32,000 nt of DNA from Mycobacterium leprae TN (GCF_000195855.1 NC_002677.1:1740001-1772000); one strand, 5' to 3'; shown: positions 17,800 through 28,617, numbered from the stretch's first letter. Notes: generated by a model not told the origin, from the sequence alone. Program-made: numbers and translations.

Positions 17800-18540
17800 T
17801 GCATGGTAGGGGGTGTAAACATGGTATCTGCCGTTCGACGTTGCTCGGCTTCCCCCTCCGGGCGAAAGTCGTTAACCTACACACCTCGCGGCAAAGGCGG
17901 TAATTAAACCCTAGCAGCAGCGCGTGCGCCAGTACAGTTCATCAGCGCAGTCGGCAACAACCTTGCCGCTGAACGATTGGCGAGTACATCTCCTGACCAA
18001 CGATGTTGGCCTGGAGGGAACTGGCAACGTGCCCGGACCGAGCAGCACAGCAGTTATCTGTAGTCGACGCCAGTGCCGAGAAAACCATCTTTTAGCGCTA
18101 GGCATGAACAGTCAGCTGACACTCGTTGATGCGGCCACACAGCAAATCCGGTCAGCCGTAGCGGTCTTCACGGCCAATGTTTCACCGGCAGGACCGCATA
18201 CAGGACCGCTGGCTGAACTGGCTTCCCTCGCCGACGTCGTGATCGAAAACAAATCTGAGGAGCGCAAATGACCTTGGTCGCCAAGCCATATTGGTGCGAG
18301 GTGATGCGTTAGCAATATACTCTCCGGTAGTTGCCGCGGTGGATACCACCGGAGCCGGCGACGTGTTCGCCAGAGTCCTGGCAACGAAATGGCCGCGCAC
18401 CGAGACCAAGCCCGAGCTTTAAGACTCAGCGGTTGCCCATCGTGGGGCATAGCTGCGCAGCAGGCGCGCTCGCGACACTGCTACCCGGCACCGGTGGACC
18501 GCACACTTGATTCCGACGCGATCGAAAGAAGCATACAACG
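17800..18540 (+). pseudogene. rbsK: Ribokinase rbsK pseudogene (Rv2436-like)
   Basis: Fragments include ...SPSGRKSLTYTPRGKGGN* (GGKGxNQA motif region) and YTLPVVAAVDTTGAGDVFARVLATKW (PfkB signature VDTTGAGD). Multiple stops and frameshifts lie between them. The position next to nadE is as in M. tuberculosis. Confidence 0.75.
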
Positions 18541-19304
18541 AAAACCACTGCCGCCGACATTGCTCTGATGCTATTCCCGGTTTTCATCGTGCTGGAATTC
18601 TGCTAGCATAGTTGATTATATGCACCGTAGTACCAGATCTACCGAATTATGTAGCACCAACCTCCGCATTGGTTCACTGGAATGGATGGCTGGGGGTGGG
18701 CTTTGTCATCACACTGAAGATGGCAGTTATCTACCTAATCCTGTATCAGGATAACGTTATTGAAATTTTCAATGTGCTGCGGTCAGCTAGATTAAGGTCG
18801 CCGAGACCCTCGTCACGCTTGCCGGGATAGCATCGAAGGTTTACCCGCAACTGCAGATCGACGATTCCTGGTGAATCGGCGTGGATGAACGGGAAACCAC
18901 GACGTTGGTGCGCATCGGTGTATTCGGGTGAGTGCGCAATCATATCGACACCGACACATTCATATATCTACTCGTGATTGCTTTGTTGACAAAGAATTTC
19001 GTTGTCATTCCAAGGTGCCCCCTGCTCGTCTTCACGACCTAGGTACAAGTCCACAGCGTCTAAGAACCCTACATGCTTCGGACGCGCTACGGTGCTTATC
19101 GCTGCTTGCTACACCACCACCGTCGGCCAGTTCATCCCTAGTGCCAGATTGATCCGCTAACGACACTCGACGCACATCATGCGCGATGGCCAGACCGGCA
19201 CCGGTTTAACGGCTGCGGTTCGACACTAACAGCACCGACAAATAGTGACCCGAAGTAGCCCAGCTAGGAAAGCCCTCCTGATCTGGAAGACGCACCGTAA
19301 CCGG

Positions 19305-21347
19305 CTACTCTTCGGGCACTTCGCGCTCGATCTCGTCGAGCCAGATCCGTGCGGACATATCTGACGGGGCTCGCCAATCCCCACGCGGCGATAACGCTCC
19401 TCCATGAGACACCTTGGGGCCATTGGGCAGCGCTGATCTTTTGAACTGACTGAACGAATAGAAACGTTGCACAAAAATCTGCAGCCAATGCCTAATTTCC
19501 TTAAGTGAGTAGGACAATCGTTTATCTTCTGGGAATCCAGGTGGCCACTTGCCGCAATTGGGATCGCTCCAAGCGTGCCAGGTCAGGAAAGCGATCTTCG
19601 ATGGACGAAATCCGTACCGCAAGACCTGAAACAACGAAAAATCTTGTAGGGCAAACGGACCAACCTTTGCTTCAGTGCTCTGAAGTTTTTCTTCACCATC
19701 GCTTGGAATAAGTTCCGGAGTGATCTCGGTGTCGAGCACCGACTGCAGCACCTTATCGACCTGCTCCTCGAATTGACTCGAGGCAATGACCCAGCGGATC
19801 AGGTGTTGCACCAATGTCTTTGGAACACCAGCATTGATATTATAGTGGGACATTTGATCACCCACACCGTAGGTCGACCAACCCAGCCCCAGCTCTGACA
19901 GGTCACCGGTGCCGAGCACGATGCCACCATGCTGGTTGGCCAGCCGAAAGAGATAATCGGTGCGCACTCCTGCCTGGACGTTCTCGAAAGTGACATCGTA
20001 GGAAACCTCGCCGCGTGAGAACGGATGACCGATTTTTTTCAGCATCAACGTTGCGGTGTCTCTGATATCTATTTCCGTGAAAGTAACACCCAGTGCGCGA
20101 CACAGCTCGGTGGCATTGCTTTTGGTGCGATCTCCGGTCACGAACCCGGGCAGCGTGAATGCGAGAATGTCGCTGCGCGGGCGTCCTTCCCGGTCCATTG
20201 CGCGCGCGGCGACGATCAGCGCATGTGTCGAATCTAGCCCGCCAGAAACTCCGATTACAACCTTCGGGTAGTCCAACGCACGCAACCGTTGTTCAAGCCC
20301 GGAAACTTGGATATTGTAAGCCTCGTAGCAATCTTGCTGTAAACGCTGCGGATCGGCTGGGACAAAAGGAAAACGCTCAACCTCCCGCAACAATCCGATG
20401 TTGCCGACCGGCGGCTCGAGCCGAAACTCAATGCGCCGGAATGGCTCAACTAACGCTCGGTGACGGCGACGGTTGTCGTTGAAGGTGCCCATGCGCAATC
20501 GCTCGGATCGAAGCAGTTCGGTGTCGACGTCAGCGACCGAGCGGTGCTCCCCCTTGGGGAAACGCTCGGATTCCGCGAGCAGCACCCCATTCTCCCAGAT
20601 CATCGTCTGACCGTCCCAAGCCAAGTCGGTCGTGGACTCACCCTCCCCCGCAGCGGCATAGACGTAAGCGGCTAGACACCGCAACGACGCCGAGCGGGCC
20701 AGCAGGCGACGGTCTTCGGCGCGGCCGATCGTGATCGGGCTGCCCGACAGGTTCGCCAACACCGTCGCGCCTGCCAACGCGGCTTCGGCGCTGGGCGGCA
20801 CCGGCACGAACATGTCCTCGCAGATTTCAACGTGCAGCACCAAGCCGAGCAAGTCGGCCGCGGCGAACAGCAGATCAGGACCGAACGGGGCCCGCAAGTC
20901 ACCGATGCCAATGGTGCCGTGTTCGTCGTCTCCAGGTGCGAGTTGACGACGCTCGTAGAACTCCCGGTAGGTGGGCAGGTACGACTTGGGTGCCACACCG
21001 AGTACCACACCGCGGTGGATGATCACTGCGGTGTTGTAGATGCGATGCCGGTAGCGCAGCGGGGCACCAATGACCAAAACCGGCAACAGATCCGCGGAGG
21101 CCACAACGATATCGAGCACGGTGTCCTCGACAGCCTCGAGCAAAAGGTCTTGGAGCAAAATATCCTCGATCGAGTAACCGGACAACGTCAGCTCTGGGAA
21201 GACGGCCACGGCAACTCCGTCGTCGTGACACTGGCGGGCCAACCGCAAAACCGATGCAGCGTTGGTCGTCGGATCGCCGATGGAAGCGTGATGGGTGCAC
21301 GCAGCGACTCGGACAAAACCCTGGCTGTAGGAGTTGTAGAAGTCCAT
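19305..21347 (-). CDS. nadE: Glutamine-dependent NAD+ synthetase NadE (Rv2438c homologue)
   Basis: Uninterrupted 680-aa ORF. The ATG at 21347 is preceded by GAGAGGGCG. The N-terminal half is a CN-hydrolase (glutaminase) domain ([19 protein letters not shown]). The C-terminal half is an NAD synthetase domain with the [15 protein letters not shown]-loop. Confidence 0.96.
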   Translation of the reverse strand: MDFYNSYSQGFVRVAACTHHASIGDPTTNAASVLRLARQCHDDGVAVAVFPELTLSGYSIEDILLQDLLLEAVEDTVLDIVVASADLLPVLVIGAPLRYRHRIYNTAVIIHRGVVLGVAPKSYLPTYREFYERRQLAPGDDEHGTIGIGDLRAPFGPDLLFAAADLLGLVLHVEICEDMFVPVPPSAEAALAGATVLANLSGSPITIGRAEDRRLLARSASLRCLAAYVYAAAGEGESTTDLAWDGQTMIWENGVLLAESERFPKGEHRSVADVDTELLRSERLRMGTFNDNRRRHRALVEPFRRIEFRLEPPVGNIGLLREVERFPFVPADPQRLQQDCYEAYNIQVSGLEQRLRALDYPKVVIGVSGGLDSTHALIVAARAMDREGRPRSDILAFTLPGFVTGDRTKSNATELCRALGVTFTEIDIRDTATLMLKKIGHPFSRGEVSYDVTFENVQAGVRTDYLFRLANQHGGIVLGTGDLSELGLGWSTYGVGDQMSHYNINAGVPKTLVQHLIRWVIASSQFEEQVDKVLQSVLDTEITPELIPSDGEEKLQSTEAKVGPFALQDFSLFQVLRYGFRPSKIAFLTWHAWSDPNCGKWPPGFPEDKRLSYSLKEIRHWLQIFVQRFYSFSQFKRSALPNGPKVSHGGALSPRGDWRAPSDMSARIWLDEIEREVPEE

Positions 21348-21563
21348 CGCCCTCTCATTGTCACCCGACTGGTGTCACCAAGCATTCGCCGGGTTGACAC
21401 AATGAGCTGGCAGTGCGGTACGGGCGTCCGCATAATGCCAGCGTTATTGGCGTGTCGCTGTATAAACTACGCGCCCTCGCGCAGTGGTATTGGTCCCGCA
21501 ACCACGCCGAGATCATCTGCGGCGCAGATGTATCTCGGTGCAACGAAGACGCCCTGACCCGCA

Positions 21564-22667
21564 TCAAATCGAGACGAGGTCGTCGGCGTGCACCGCGGGC
21601 CGGCGCAGCTCGCAAGGCAGCTCCGAGGTCGACCGGCCCATCATGGCGGCCAGCTCGGTCGCGTCATAGGCGACCACACCGCGGGCGACCATCGTCGCGT
21701 CTGGTCCGCGCAATTCCACGACATCACCGCCGTAGAACCGGCCCGAAACCGCGGTGATACCCGCGGCCAGCAGCGAGCGGCGTTGCTGTACCACTGCCCA
21801 TACCGCACCCTCGTCGAGGGTTAACGAGCCGACAGAGTCGGCAGCATAGCGCAACCAGAACCGCCGGGCGGACATCCGGTCCGGCCGCGCGGCGAACACT
21901 GTGCCAACCGAGGCATCGGTAAGCGCAGTCGCGGCGTCAGCCGCGGCAGCCAGCAGCACCGGCACACCCGCGTCGGCGGCCAGTAGCGCCGATGACATCT
22001 TCGATACCATTCCACCTGTTCCCAAGGAACTGCCCCGGCTGGCGACCACACCATCGAGATCTGCCGACCCGGTCACCTCAGGAACAAAGCGCGCACCGGT
22101 ATTCTTCCGCGGATCCGAATCGTAGAGACCATTGATATCGGATAGCAGCACTAAAGCTTCGGCACCGACCAGGTGCGCCACCACCGCCGAAAGCCGATCG
22201 TTGTCACCGAACCGGATCTCGTTGGTAGCCACGGTGTCGTTCTCGTTGACGATTGCCACCGCATGAAGCGCCCGCAACCGGTCTAGGGTGCGTTGAGCGT
22301 TAGTGTGTTGGACTCGCATCGAAATATCCTGCGCAGTCAGCAGCACCTGCCCTACCGCGCGACCATACCGGGCGAACGCTGCGCTCCAGGAGTTTACCAG
22401 CGCAACTTGCCCGACGCTGGCCGCAGCCTGCTTGGTCGCTAAATCTTTTGGGCGAAGTGATAATCCAAGCGGCTCAATGCCGGCGGCGATGGCACCCGAA
22501 GACACGATGACCACATCAGTACCGGCCTTCATCCGCGCCTCTATCGCGTCGACCAGTCTGGCCAGCCGGCTAGAATCGAATACTCCGGATGATGTGGTGA
22601 GCGCGTTAGTCCCAACCTTGACGACCAAACTCCGAGCAGCTCTGATCGCGTCGCGATGTACACTCAC
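21564..22667 (-). CDS. proB: Glutamate 5-kinase ProB (Rv2439c homologue)
   Basis: 367-aa ORF with a GTG start at 22667, 3 nt after the obg stop. The amino-acid kinase domain is present ([46 protein letters not shown]). A C-terminal PUA domain is present ([30 protein letters not shown]). Confidence 0.96.
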   Translation of the reverse strand: MSVHRDAIRAARSLVVKVGTNALTTSSGVFDSSRLARLVDAIEARMKAGTDVVIVSSGAIAAGIEPLGLSLRPKDLATKQAAASVGQVALVNSWSAAFARYGRAVGQVLLTAQDISMRVQHTNAQRTLDRLRALHAVAIVNENDTVATNEIRFGDNDRLSAVVAHLVGAEALVLLSDINGLYDSDPRKNTGARFVPEVTGSADLDGVVASRGSSLGTGGMVSKMSSALLAADAGVPVLLAAAADAATALTDASVGTVFAARPDRMSARRFWLRYAADSVGSLTLDEGAVWAVVQQRRSLLAAGITAVSGRFYGGDVVELRGPDATMVARGVVAYDATELAAMMGRSTSELPCELRRPAVHADDLVSI

Positions 22668-22670
22668 GGC

Positions 22671-24110
22671 TCATCCACCGTGTTTGTGACGCTGATGCCG
22701 CGCAACCTTGCGTTCAGCGGTACCAACGGGGTCGGTACTTTCCAACCTCGCGTCGGTACCCCGGCCTGACATTGCGACCGGATGGCCCGCAGGCTTTTGT
22801 GGCTCCCAATCGAACGTCATCCCACCAATGCTTACTGTACACCCCGGCTGTGCACCCACCCGCAGCAGTTCGTCCTCTACCCCGAGGCGTGCCAGCCGGT
22901 CGGCGAGATAGCCGACCGCTTCGGCGTTATCGAAGTTGGTCTGATGAATCCAACGTTCGGGTCGCGTACCGGTAACCACAAAGCCGCCCTGTCCGTCCGG
23001 TTCAACGGTAAAGCCGCTGTCATCGACAGGCACCGGACGAATCAGCGACCGTCCCGGCGCCGGCTCCGACCTCGCGGCGTGGTACGCTGAGATCATCTGC
23101 CACAGCCCGAAAATCAATGACTGCAGGTTTTCTCGAGTGACCGTCGACACACTAAACACCGGCCAACCGCGCTCGGCAGCAATGTTGTCGCAAACGAATT
23201 CAGCGAGCTCGCGGGCGTCCGGCACATCGATTTTGTTGAGCACCACCGCACGGGGCCGCTCAGCAAAGTCACCCAAAGTCGTATCTCCTTGCAGTGTCGG
23301 GGTATAAGCTGCGAGTTCGGCCTCCAGCGCGGCGATGTCCAAGATCGGATCACGCCCCGGTTCTACACTCGTACAATCCACCACGTGCACCAGCACCGCG
23401 CACCGCTCGATATGCCGTAAAAAGTCCAGACCCAGGCCGCGCCCCGCCGAAGCTCCCGGGATTAAACCAGGCACATCAGCGACGGTGAACGCGTGTTCGC
23501 CGACCGAGACCACGCCGAGATTGGGAACAAGCGTAGTGAACGGGTAGTCGGCAATCTTGGGTTTGGCCGCCGAGATCACGGACACAAGGGACGACTTTCC
23601 GGCCGAAGGAAACCCGATCAAACCGACATCGGCAACGCTCTTGAGCTCCAGGGTGAGATCACGAGACTCGCCTTGTTCACCGAGCAGTGCGAAGCCGGGC
23701 ACCTTGCGGGTACGCGACGCGAGCGCTGCATTGCCCAAGCCGCCGCGACCGCCAGCGGCGGCTTGGAAACGAGTGCCCGCGCCTACCAGATCAGCTAGCA
23801 ACCGACCGTCTTCGTCCAGGACGACGGTGCCGTCGGGGACTTTGACTTCCAGATCCGCGCCGGCTGCACCGTCACGGTTGTTGCCCATACCCTGTTTGCC
23901 GGATGGCGCGGTGATGTGCGGTCGGAAATGAAAGTCCAACAAGGTGTGCACATGAGGGTCGACGACGAAGACCACGCTGCCGCCACGGCCACCATTGCCA
24001 CCATCAGGGCCACCTAACGGCTTGAACTTTGAGCGATGAATCGAAGCGCAGCCGTTACCGCCAGAACCCGCCCAGGTGTGGATGACGACGCGATCGACAA
24101 ACCGAGGCAT
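22671..24110 (-). CDS. obg: GTPase Obg/CgtA (Rv2440c homologue)
   Basis: ORF 22671..24164. The ATG at 24110 ([11 protein letters not shown]..) is preceded by GAGAGGA, giving 479 aa. The Obg fold has glycine-rich repeats ([10 protein letters not shown]). G motifs are present: [20 protein letters not shown] and NKID. There is a C-terminal OCT domain. Confidence 0.95.
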   Translation of the reverse strand: MPRFVDRVVIHTWAGSGGNGCASIHRSKFKPLGGPDGGNGGRGGSVVFVVDPHVHTLLDFHFRPHITAPSGKQGMGNNRDGAAGADLEVKVPDGTVVLDEDGRLLADLVGAGTRFQAAAGGRGGLGNAALASRTRKVPGFALLGEQGESRDLTLELKSVADVGLIGFPSAGKSSLVSVISAAKPKIADYPFTTLVPNLGVVSVGEHAFTVADVPGLIPGASAGRGLGLDFLRHIERCAVLVHVVDCTSVEPGRDPILDIAALEAELAAYTPTLQGDTTLGDFAERPRAVVLNKIDVPDARELAEFVCDNIAAERGWPVFSVSTVTRENLQSLIFGLWQMISAYHAARSEPAPGRSLIRPVPVDDSGFTVEPDGQGGFVVTGTRPERWIHQTNFDNAEAVGYLADRLARLGVEDELLRVGAQPGCTVSIGGMTFDWEPQKPAGHPVAMSGRGTDARLESTDPVGTAERKVARHQRHKHGG

Positions 24111-24224
24111 CGGGGGTCCTCTCACCCGCCAACGAACACATGTGCCGAAATCTACGTTTTGCAAAAAACGCGTGAATGACTACCTGCAAAACACCGATTT
24201 CGCGCGAAGGGACCACAAGACGTT

Positions 24225-24491
24225 CTAGTCGGCGGTTAGCCCGACAGCGACAATGTTGACGGTCTTGCGTCCACGCTTGACGCCGAATTCGACGGCTCCT
24301 GCCGATGTGGCGAATAGTGTGTCGTCGCCGCCGCGCCCGACGTTCACACCGGGATGAAACTTGGTGCCACGCTGGCGGACCAGAATCTCGCCAGCCTTGA
24401 CGACCTGGCCACCGAACCGCTTGACTCCCAGCCGCTGAGCGGCGGAATCGCGACCGTTACGCGAGCTAGAAGCTCCCTTCTTGTGTGCCAT
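24225..24491 (-). CDS. rpmA: 50S ribosomal protein L27
   Basis: 88-aa ORF reading [61 protein letters not shown]. An SD-like GGGAG lies upstream of the ATG at 24491. Confidence 0.98.
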
Positions 24492-24502
24492 CTGTTTGCT
24501 CC

Positions 24503-24814
24503 CTACTTGATGCCAGTGACCTTGAGGACAGTCAACTGCTGACGGTGTCCCTGGCGCTTATGGTAGCCAGTCTTGTTCTTGAACTTGTGGATACGGATCT
24601 TGGGACCCTTGGTGTGCTCGAGCACTTTACCGGTCACCGCAACTTTGGCCAAAGCTTTGGCATTGGTGGTGACGGTGGCGCCATCGACGACCAAGGTGAC
24701 GGGCAAAGATACCTTGGCGCCGGGCTCGAAGTCGAGCTTCTCGATCTTGACCACGTCTCCCACAGCAACCTTGTACTGCTTGCCACCGGTCTTGACGATT
24801 GCATAGGTCGCCAT
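24503..24814 (-). CDS. rplU: 50S ribosomal protein L21
   Basis: 103-aa ORF reading [27 protein letters not shown]...[26 protein letters not shown]. An SD GGAG lies 6 nt upstream of the ATG at 24814. Confidence 0.98.
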
Positions 24815-25040
24815 TATTGCTCCTGCCTCTGTCTTTCTAACCTCTTCTGGGCACTTCGCGCGGTACCACCGGCATACGCGTAGCTAGGTCTGGGGTGGGG
24901 GCTCAGACCTGATCACTGGGCTGAGGCCCGCTGTCGCCGGGCTAGGTTTAATCGCCTTCCTGCCGACAACTACCCAAGGGTAGTTGACCAGCGACTACAG
25001 GGTCAAACAGGCTCTGACCGCTGTTTGATCGGATGCAAGG
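24815..25040 (-). other. 226-nt structured rne-rplU intergenic region (rne 3-prime end, rplU-rpmA leader)
   Basis: Read directly, in plus-strand coordinates. Hairpins: TCAAACAG-N10-CTGTTTGA (25003-25028); CAACTACCC-AA-GGGTAGTTG (24967-24986); AGGTCTG-N10-CAGACCT (24887-24910). Function (terminator and/or r-protein leader) is not established here. Confidence 0.35.
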
Positions 25041-27815
25041 TCAGTCCACGTGGATCGGCGGCCCGGCCGGACGACCCGCTGCGCGCCGCCGTCGCGGACG
25101 GGCAAAACCTGATCTGTTTCTGATCAGGAGAGTGGAGCGGTCAAGCACGTCAGCGCTGTCGAGGTCGGCCTCGGAGTCAGACTCGTCTTCGTCAACGTCA
25201 AGATCGTCGTCTAAATCGAGTTCCTCGTCATCGTCGCCAAGGTCTTCCTCGTCGTCGAGCTCCTCGTCATCGTCGAGGTCGTCTTCTTCGTCGGTGTCGA
25301 AATCTTCCTGGTCAACATCATCTAGGCCAGCAACAGCCTGCTCTTCGAGCGGCTCGTCGATCTTCCCGGTGAGTTCTGTACCAGACTCGTTGGATTCGTC
25401 CTCGCCACCAACAACCACCGAGGACGAGCCCGCGGCCATCGCCTTAAACATCGGATGCTCGCCCGGAGCATGCACCGGTACTTTAACCACAGCGGTCTCG
25501 TCCGATCGGTTCTTTTTCGATCGCTTACTTCGCCGACCGCCTGACTCGGACTTGCGTCCAACCATCGGGGTCGAATTAGCTGGGTCGGTGTGCAGCAGGA
25601 TACCGCGACCTGTGCAGTTCGGACACGATGTCGAGAACGCCTCGACCAGCCCGGTGCCCAACCGTTTGCGGGTCAATTGCACCAGCCCCAAAGACGTCAC
25701 CTCGGACACCTGGTGACGAGTGCGGTCGCGAGCAAGCACCTCAGTCAGTCGACGCAACACCAAGTCGCGGTTGGACTCGAGCACCATATCGATGAAGTCG
25801 ATGACCACGATGCCGCCAATATCACGCAGCCGCAGCTGGCGCACGATCTCCTCAGCTGCCTCAAGATTATTCTTGGTGACTGTCTGCTCGAGGTTACCCC
25901 CAGACCCGGTGAACTTGCCAGTATTGACGTCGATCACCGTCATCGCCTCAGTCCGGTCAATCACCAGTGTACCGCCCGATGGCAGCCACACTTTCCGGTC
26001 CATTGCCTTGGCCAATTGCTCGTCGATGCGATGTACCGCGAAGACATCTGGCCCGTGCTGCCCGTCCGGACCGATTGGCGGGTCATACTTTGTCAACTTC
26101 GAAACAAGTTCGGGAGCAACAGAATTCACATACTCATTGATGGTATTCCATGCCTCGTCGCCGGAGACGACGAGGCCCGAGAAGTCGTCATTGAACAAGT
26201 CGCGGATGACTTTGACCAACACATCCGGTTCCTCATAAAGGGCCACCGCAGCGCCAGCGGCCTTTTCCTTGGTCTGGATTGTCTTGGCTTCGATCTGTTC
26301 CCAGTGCTCCTGCAGGCGGGTGACATCCTTGCGGATGTCTTCCTCTTTGACGCCCTCTGACGCAGTGCGGATGATCACGCCCGCATCGGGTGGCACTACC
26401 TCACGCAGGATCTCCTTGAGGCGCTGGCGTTCGGTGTCAGGCAGCTTACGGCTGATCCCGGTCGACGACGCCCCTGGGACGTAAACCAGGTAACGACCGG
26501 CCAAAGACACTTGCGTGGTAAGTCGCGCCCCTTTGTGCCCGACCGGGTCCTTGTTGACCTGGACAACGATATAGTCGCCGGGTTTGAGGGCCTGTTCAAT
26601 CTTGCGATCGGCCCCGCCCAATCCGGCCGCTTCCCAGTTTACTTCTCCGGCATAAAGCACGCCGTTGCGACCGCGACCGATGTCAACGAAGGCCGCCTCC
26701 ATCGACGGCAGCACGTTCTGCACGATACCGAGGTAGATGTTGCCGACCAGGGAAGCAGATGCTGCCGACGTCACGAAGTGCTCGACGACGATGCCGTCTT
26801 CGAGCACCGCGATCTGGGTGTATCGAGCGCCAGGGTGGGGCGGCTCAGTGCGGATCCGATCGCGCACCACCATGACCCGCTCGACGGACTCGCGCCGAGC
26901 CAGGAATTCGGCCTCGCTCAACACTGATGAACGGCGCCGCCCGGCGTCGCGCCCGTCTCGGCGGCGTTGCCGCTTGGCCTCCAGTCGAGTCGAACCGTCG
27001 ATACCCTTGATATCGGCGCTGCCCGTGCCGTTGACGCCGTTGTCAAAACTAGCAGACCGACCAGCCGCACGGGGTGTCCGTTCGTGCACAACCGTGTTCG
27101 GCGGATCGTCGGGCGCGCACCCCTCGTCTTCACCTACCCCCGACTTACGACGTCGGCGCCGACGGCGGCGGCGGTTGCCGGCTTCAGAGGACCCACTCTC
27201 GTCGTAACCGATTTCGGTGTCTTCGGACTCGTCGAAATCTTGGCCATCGAAGTCCTCAGACTCGGTTGAGTCGACCGCGCCGTCGACATCGTCGCTCTGG
27301 ACGTCGGATCCACCCTGCTCACCGCGGCCCCGACCACGACCCCGACGGCCACGACGCCGACGACGGTTCGCCGGTCGATCGGGTTGCTCTTCGTCGTCGC
27401 CAACGTCGGAGTCGTCACCGGATTCCACATCATCGTCAGCGCAGGAGTCATCATCGACCTCTATCGGCTGTGGCGCAACGAACAACGGCATGTAGTGCGG
27501 CCGCTCTACTGTGGTTTCTAGCACCAGCCGAGAGTCGCGCTCTTCGAGCGCGACAGGGTTATCAGGTACGGCAGTGAGTTCATGAGGTGAGTTGGGTTGG
27601 CTGGCCAGCAGATCACGGACCCGGACCGCGTCGACGCGGTCGACACTGGAATGTGCGCTACGGATCCGGCCGTCGAGAGCGCTCAGCACGTCCAACACTC
27701 GTCTGCTGGTGGTTCCCAACGTTCGTGCTAGCGAATGGACTCTCAAGCGGTCCGGCAGTTCCATATGCTGCGTCGGCTCTTTTGATGGCTCTAACGGGGG
27801 TGCACCGTCTATCAC
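25041..27815 (-). CDS. rne: Ribonuclease E (Rv2444c homologue) with extended low-complexity N- and C-terminal regions
   Basis: 924-aa ORF. The GTG at 27815 is preceded by GAGGAG. S1 domain: GNIYLGIVQNVLPSMEAAFVDIGRGRNGVLY. Catalytic core: VVIDFIDM. Zn-link: CPNCTGRG. The N-terminal region has an IF2_N-like motif (LRVHSLARTLGTTSRRVLDVLSAL). Acidic and Arg-rich tracts are present (RRRRRGRRGRGRGRGE, RRRRRRRRRK). The C-terminal tail is hyper-acidic (DDVDQEDFDTDEEDDLDDDEELDDEEDLGDDDEELDLDDDLDVDEDESDSE). Confidence 0.94.
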   Translation of the reverse strand: MIDGAPPLEPSKEPTQHMELPDRLRVHSLARTLGTTSRRVLDVLSALDGRIRSAHSSVDRVDAVRVRDLLASQPNSPHELTAVPDNPVALEERDSRLVLETTVERPHYMPLFVAPQPIEVDDDSCADDDVESGDDSDVGDDEEQPDRPANRRRRRGRRGRGRGRGEQGGSDVQSDDVDGAVDSTESEDFDGQDFDESEDTEIGYDESGSSEAGNRRRRRRRRRKSGVGEDEGCAPDDPPNTVVHERTPRAAGRSASFDNGVNGTGSADIKGIDGSTRLEAKRQRRRDGRDAGRRRSSVLSEAEFLARRESVERVMVVRDRIRTEPPHPGARYTQIAVLEDGIVVEHFVTSAASASLVGNIYLGIVQNVLPSMEAAFVDIGRGRNGVLYAGEVNWEAAGLGGADRKIEQALKPGDYIVVQVNKDPVGHKGARLTTQVSLAGRYLVYVPGASSTGISRKLPDTERQRLKEILREVVPPDAGVIIRTASEGVKEEDIRKDVTRLQEHWEQIEAKTIQTKEKAAGAAVALYEEPDVLVKVIRDLFNDDFSGLVVSGDEAWNTINEYVNSVAPELVSKLTKYDPPIGPDGQHGPDVFAVHRIDEQLAKAMDRKVWLPSGGTLVIDRTEAMTVIDVNTGKFTGSGGNLEQTVTKNNLEAAEEIVRQLRLRDIGGIVVIDFIDMVLESNRDLVLRRLTEVLARDRTRHQVSEVTSLGLVQLTRKRLGTGLVEAFSTSCPNCTGRGILLHTDPANSTPMVGRKSESGGRRSKRSKKNRSDETAVVKVPVHAPGEHPMFKAMAAGSSSVVVGGEDESNESGTELTGKIDEPLEEQAVAGLDDVDQEDFDTDEEDDLDDDEELDDEEDLGDDDEELDLDDDLDVDEDESDSEADLDSADVLDRSTLLIRNRSGFARPRRRRAAGRPAGPPIHVD

Positions 27816-28114
27816 GTATTCTCCTCAAGCCCCCGGGCGCGTCCGATCGACGCGGCCACACGAAGGCCTTCGCTATGTGTCCGGGTCACTTCTCCCGGAC
27901 TTGTGATGGCCTCACCCCGAGCAGTTCATCTAGAGAACTCACTCGGCGGCATAGTGAATGACGGCTTGACACGCCGCGCTACGTCGCGGGATCACGATGG
28001 TCGCGCTTGTCTAAGTCTTCATTCGGGTGTCTGGCGCCGGTACGACGACGTTCACCTGCTACCAGTATCCCACATTGCCGGCGCGTCCACTCGCCCCTGA
28101 TGTGGCTACAACAC

Positions 28115-28141
28115 GGCCCGTTTAGGAACCCGGCACGGGCC
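28115..28141 (-). terminator. Hairpin 17 nt downstream of the ndk stop (GGCCCGT-N13-ACGGGCC); candidate ndk terminator at the 5-prime edge of the long rne upstream region
   Basis: Read directly. On the minus strand it is followed by GTGTTGTAG (U-rich in RNA). Mycobacterial terminators often lack canonical U-tails, so confidence is modest. Confidence 0.35.
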
Positions 28142-28157
28142 CCTTCTCACCCACGCG

Positions 28158-28568
28158 CTAAATGCCGGGAAACCACAACGCGATTTCGCGCTGTGCCGAA
28201 GCAGTCGAATCGGAACCGTGGACCAAGTTGAATTGCGTTTCCAACGCTAAATCGCCCCGGATTGTGCCCGGCGCCGCCTTCTCCACCGGATCGGTGCCCC
28301 CGGTGAGTTGGCGAACCGCCGCAACGGCACGTGGTCCCTCCACGATCGCCGCCATCACTGGACCCGAGGTGATAAACTCCAATAACGATCCAAAAAATGG
28401 CTTGCTCTCGTGCTCGGCGTAATGCTGGCTGGCCAATTCCTCACCGACCTGTCTAAGTTCCAACGCCGCGATGGTGAGACCCTTCCGTTCGATGCGGCTG
28501 ATGATCTCCCCAATCAATTGCCGTTCCACAGCATCCGGTTTGATCAACACGAGAGTCCGTTCGGTCAC
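28158..28568 (-). CDS. ndk: Nucleoside diphosphate kinase (Rv2445c homologue)
   Basis: 136-aa ORF with a GTG start. It reads [30 protein letters not shown]...[21 protein letters not shown] (active-site His in NLVHGSD). Confidence 0.98.
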
Positions 28569-28617
28569 GGCGCACAGCGTACCTAACGGCTCGCCGATCA
28601 GCTCGACGGCAGTATTC

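Noticed and set aside
20832-21557. 241-aa plus-strand ORF overlapping the nadE 5-prime half
   Set aside because: It lies antisense to a strongly supported, motif-bearing nadE frame. It has the Arg/Gly/Val-rich composition typical of out-of-frame high-GC DNA and no recognisable domain.
24111-24164. 18-codon N-terminal extension of obg in the ORF track; similar extensions occur for proA (13011-13142), gpgP (7562-7618), rsfS (7951-8073) and the PPOX gene (485-583)
   Set aside because: In each case a downstream start aligns with the conserved protein N-terminus. That start also has an SD-like sequence or a stop/start overlap with the upstream gene. The extensions overlap upstream genes or lack conservation.
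24111-24224. Possible terminator between rpmA and obg (TTCGCGCGAA palindrome and CGTTTT-ttgc-AAAACG stem)
   Set aside because: The first is a loop-less 10-bp palindrome. The second is a weak 6-bp AU-rich stem. The evidence is insufficient to call a terminator or attenuator.
25130-25330. Repetitive GAC/GAG/TCG-rich DNA that might be taken for a tandem repeat or CRISPR-like array
   Set aside because: There is no fixed-length repeat/spacer periodicity. It is codon-level low complexity encoding the poly-Asp/Glu tail of RNase E.
25033-25716. 227-aa plus-strand ORF with long poly-Ser/Ser-rich tracts (…SSSSTSRSSSKSSSSSSSPRSSSSSSSSSSSRSSSSS…)
   Set aside because: It is the exact antisense reading of the GAC/GAG-rich acidic C-terminal tail of rne. 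The low-complexity mirror image has no independent start context or motif, and the rne frame carries clear RNase E homology.
25590-26360. 256-aa plus-strand ORF inside rne
   Set aside because: It lies antisense to the RNase E catalytic core and has no motifs. It is a typical GC-rich shadow ORF.
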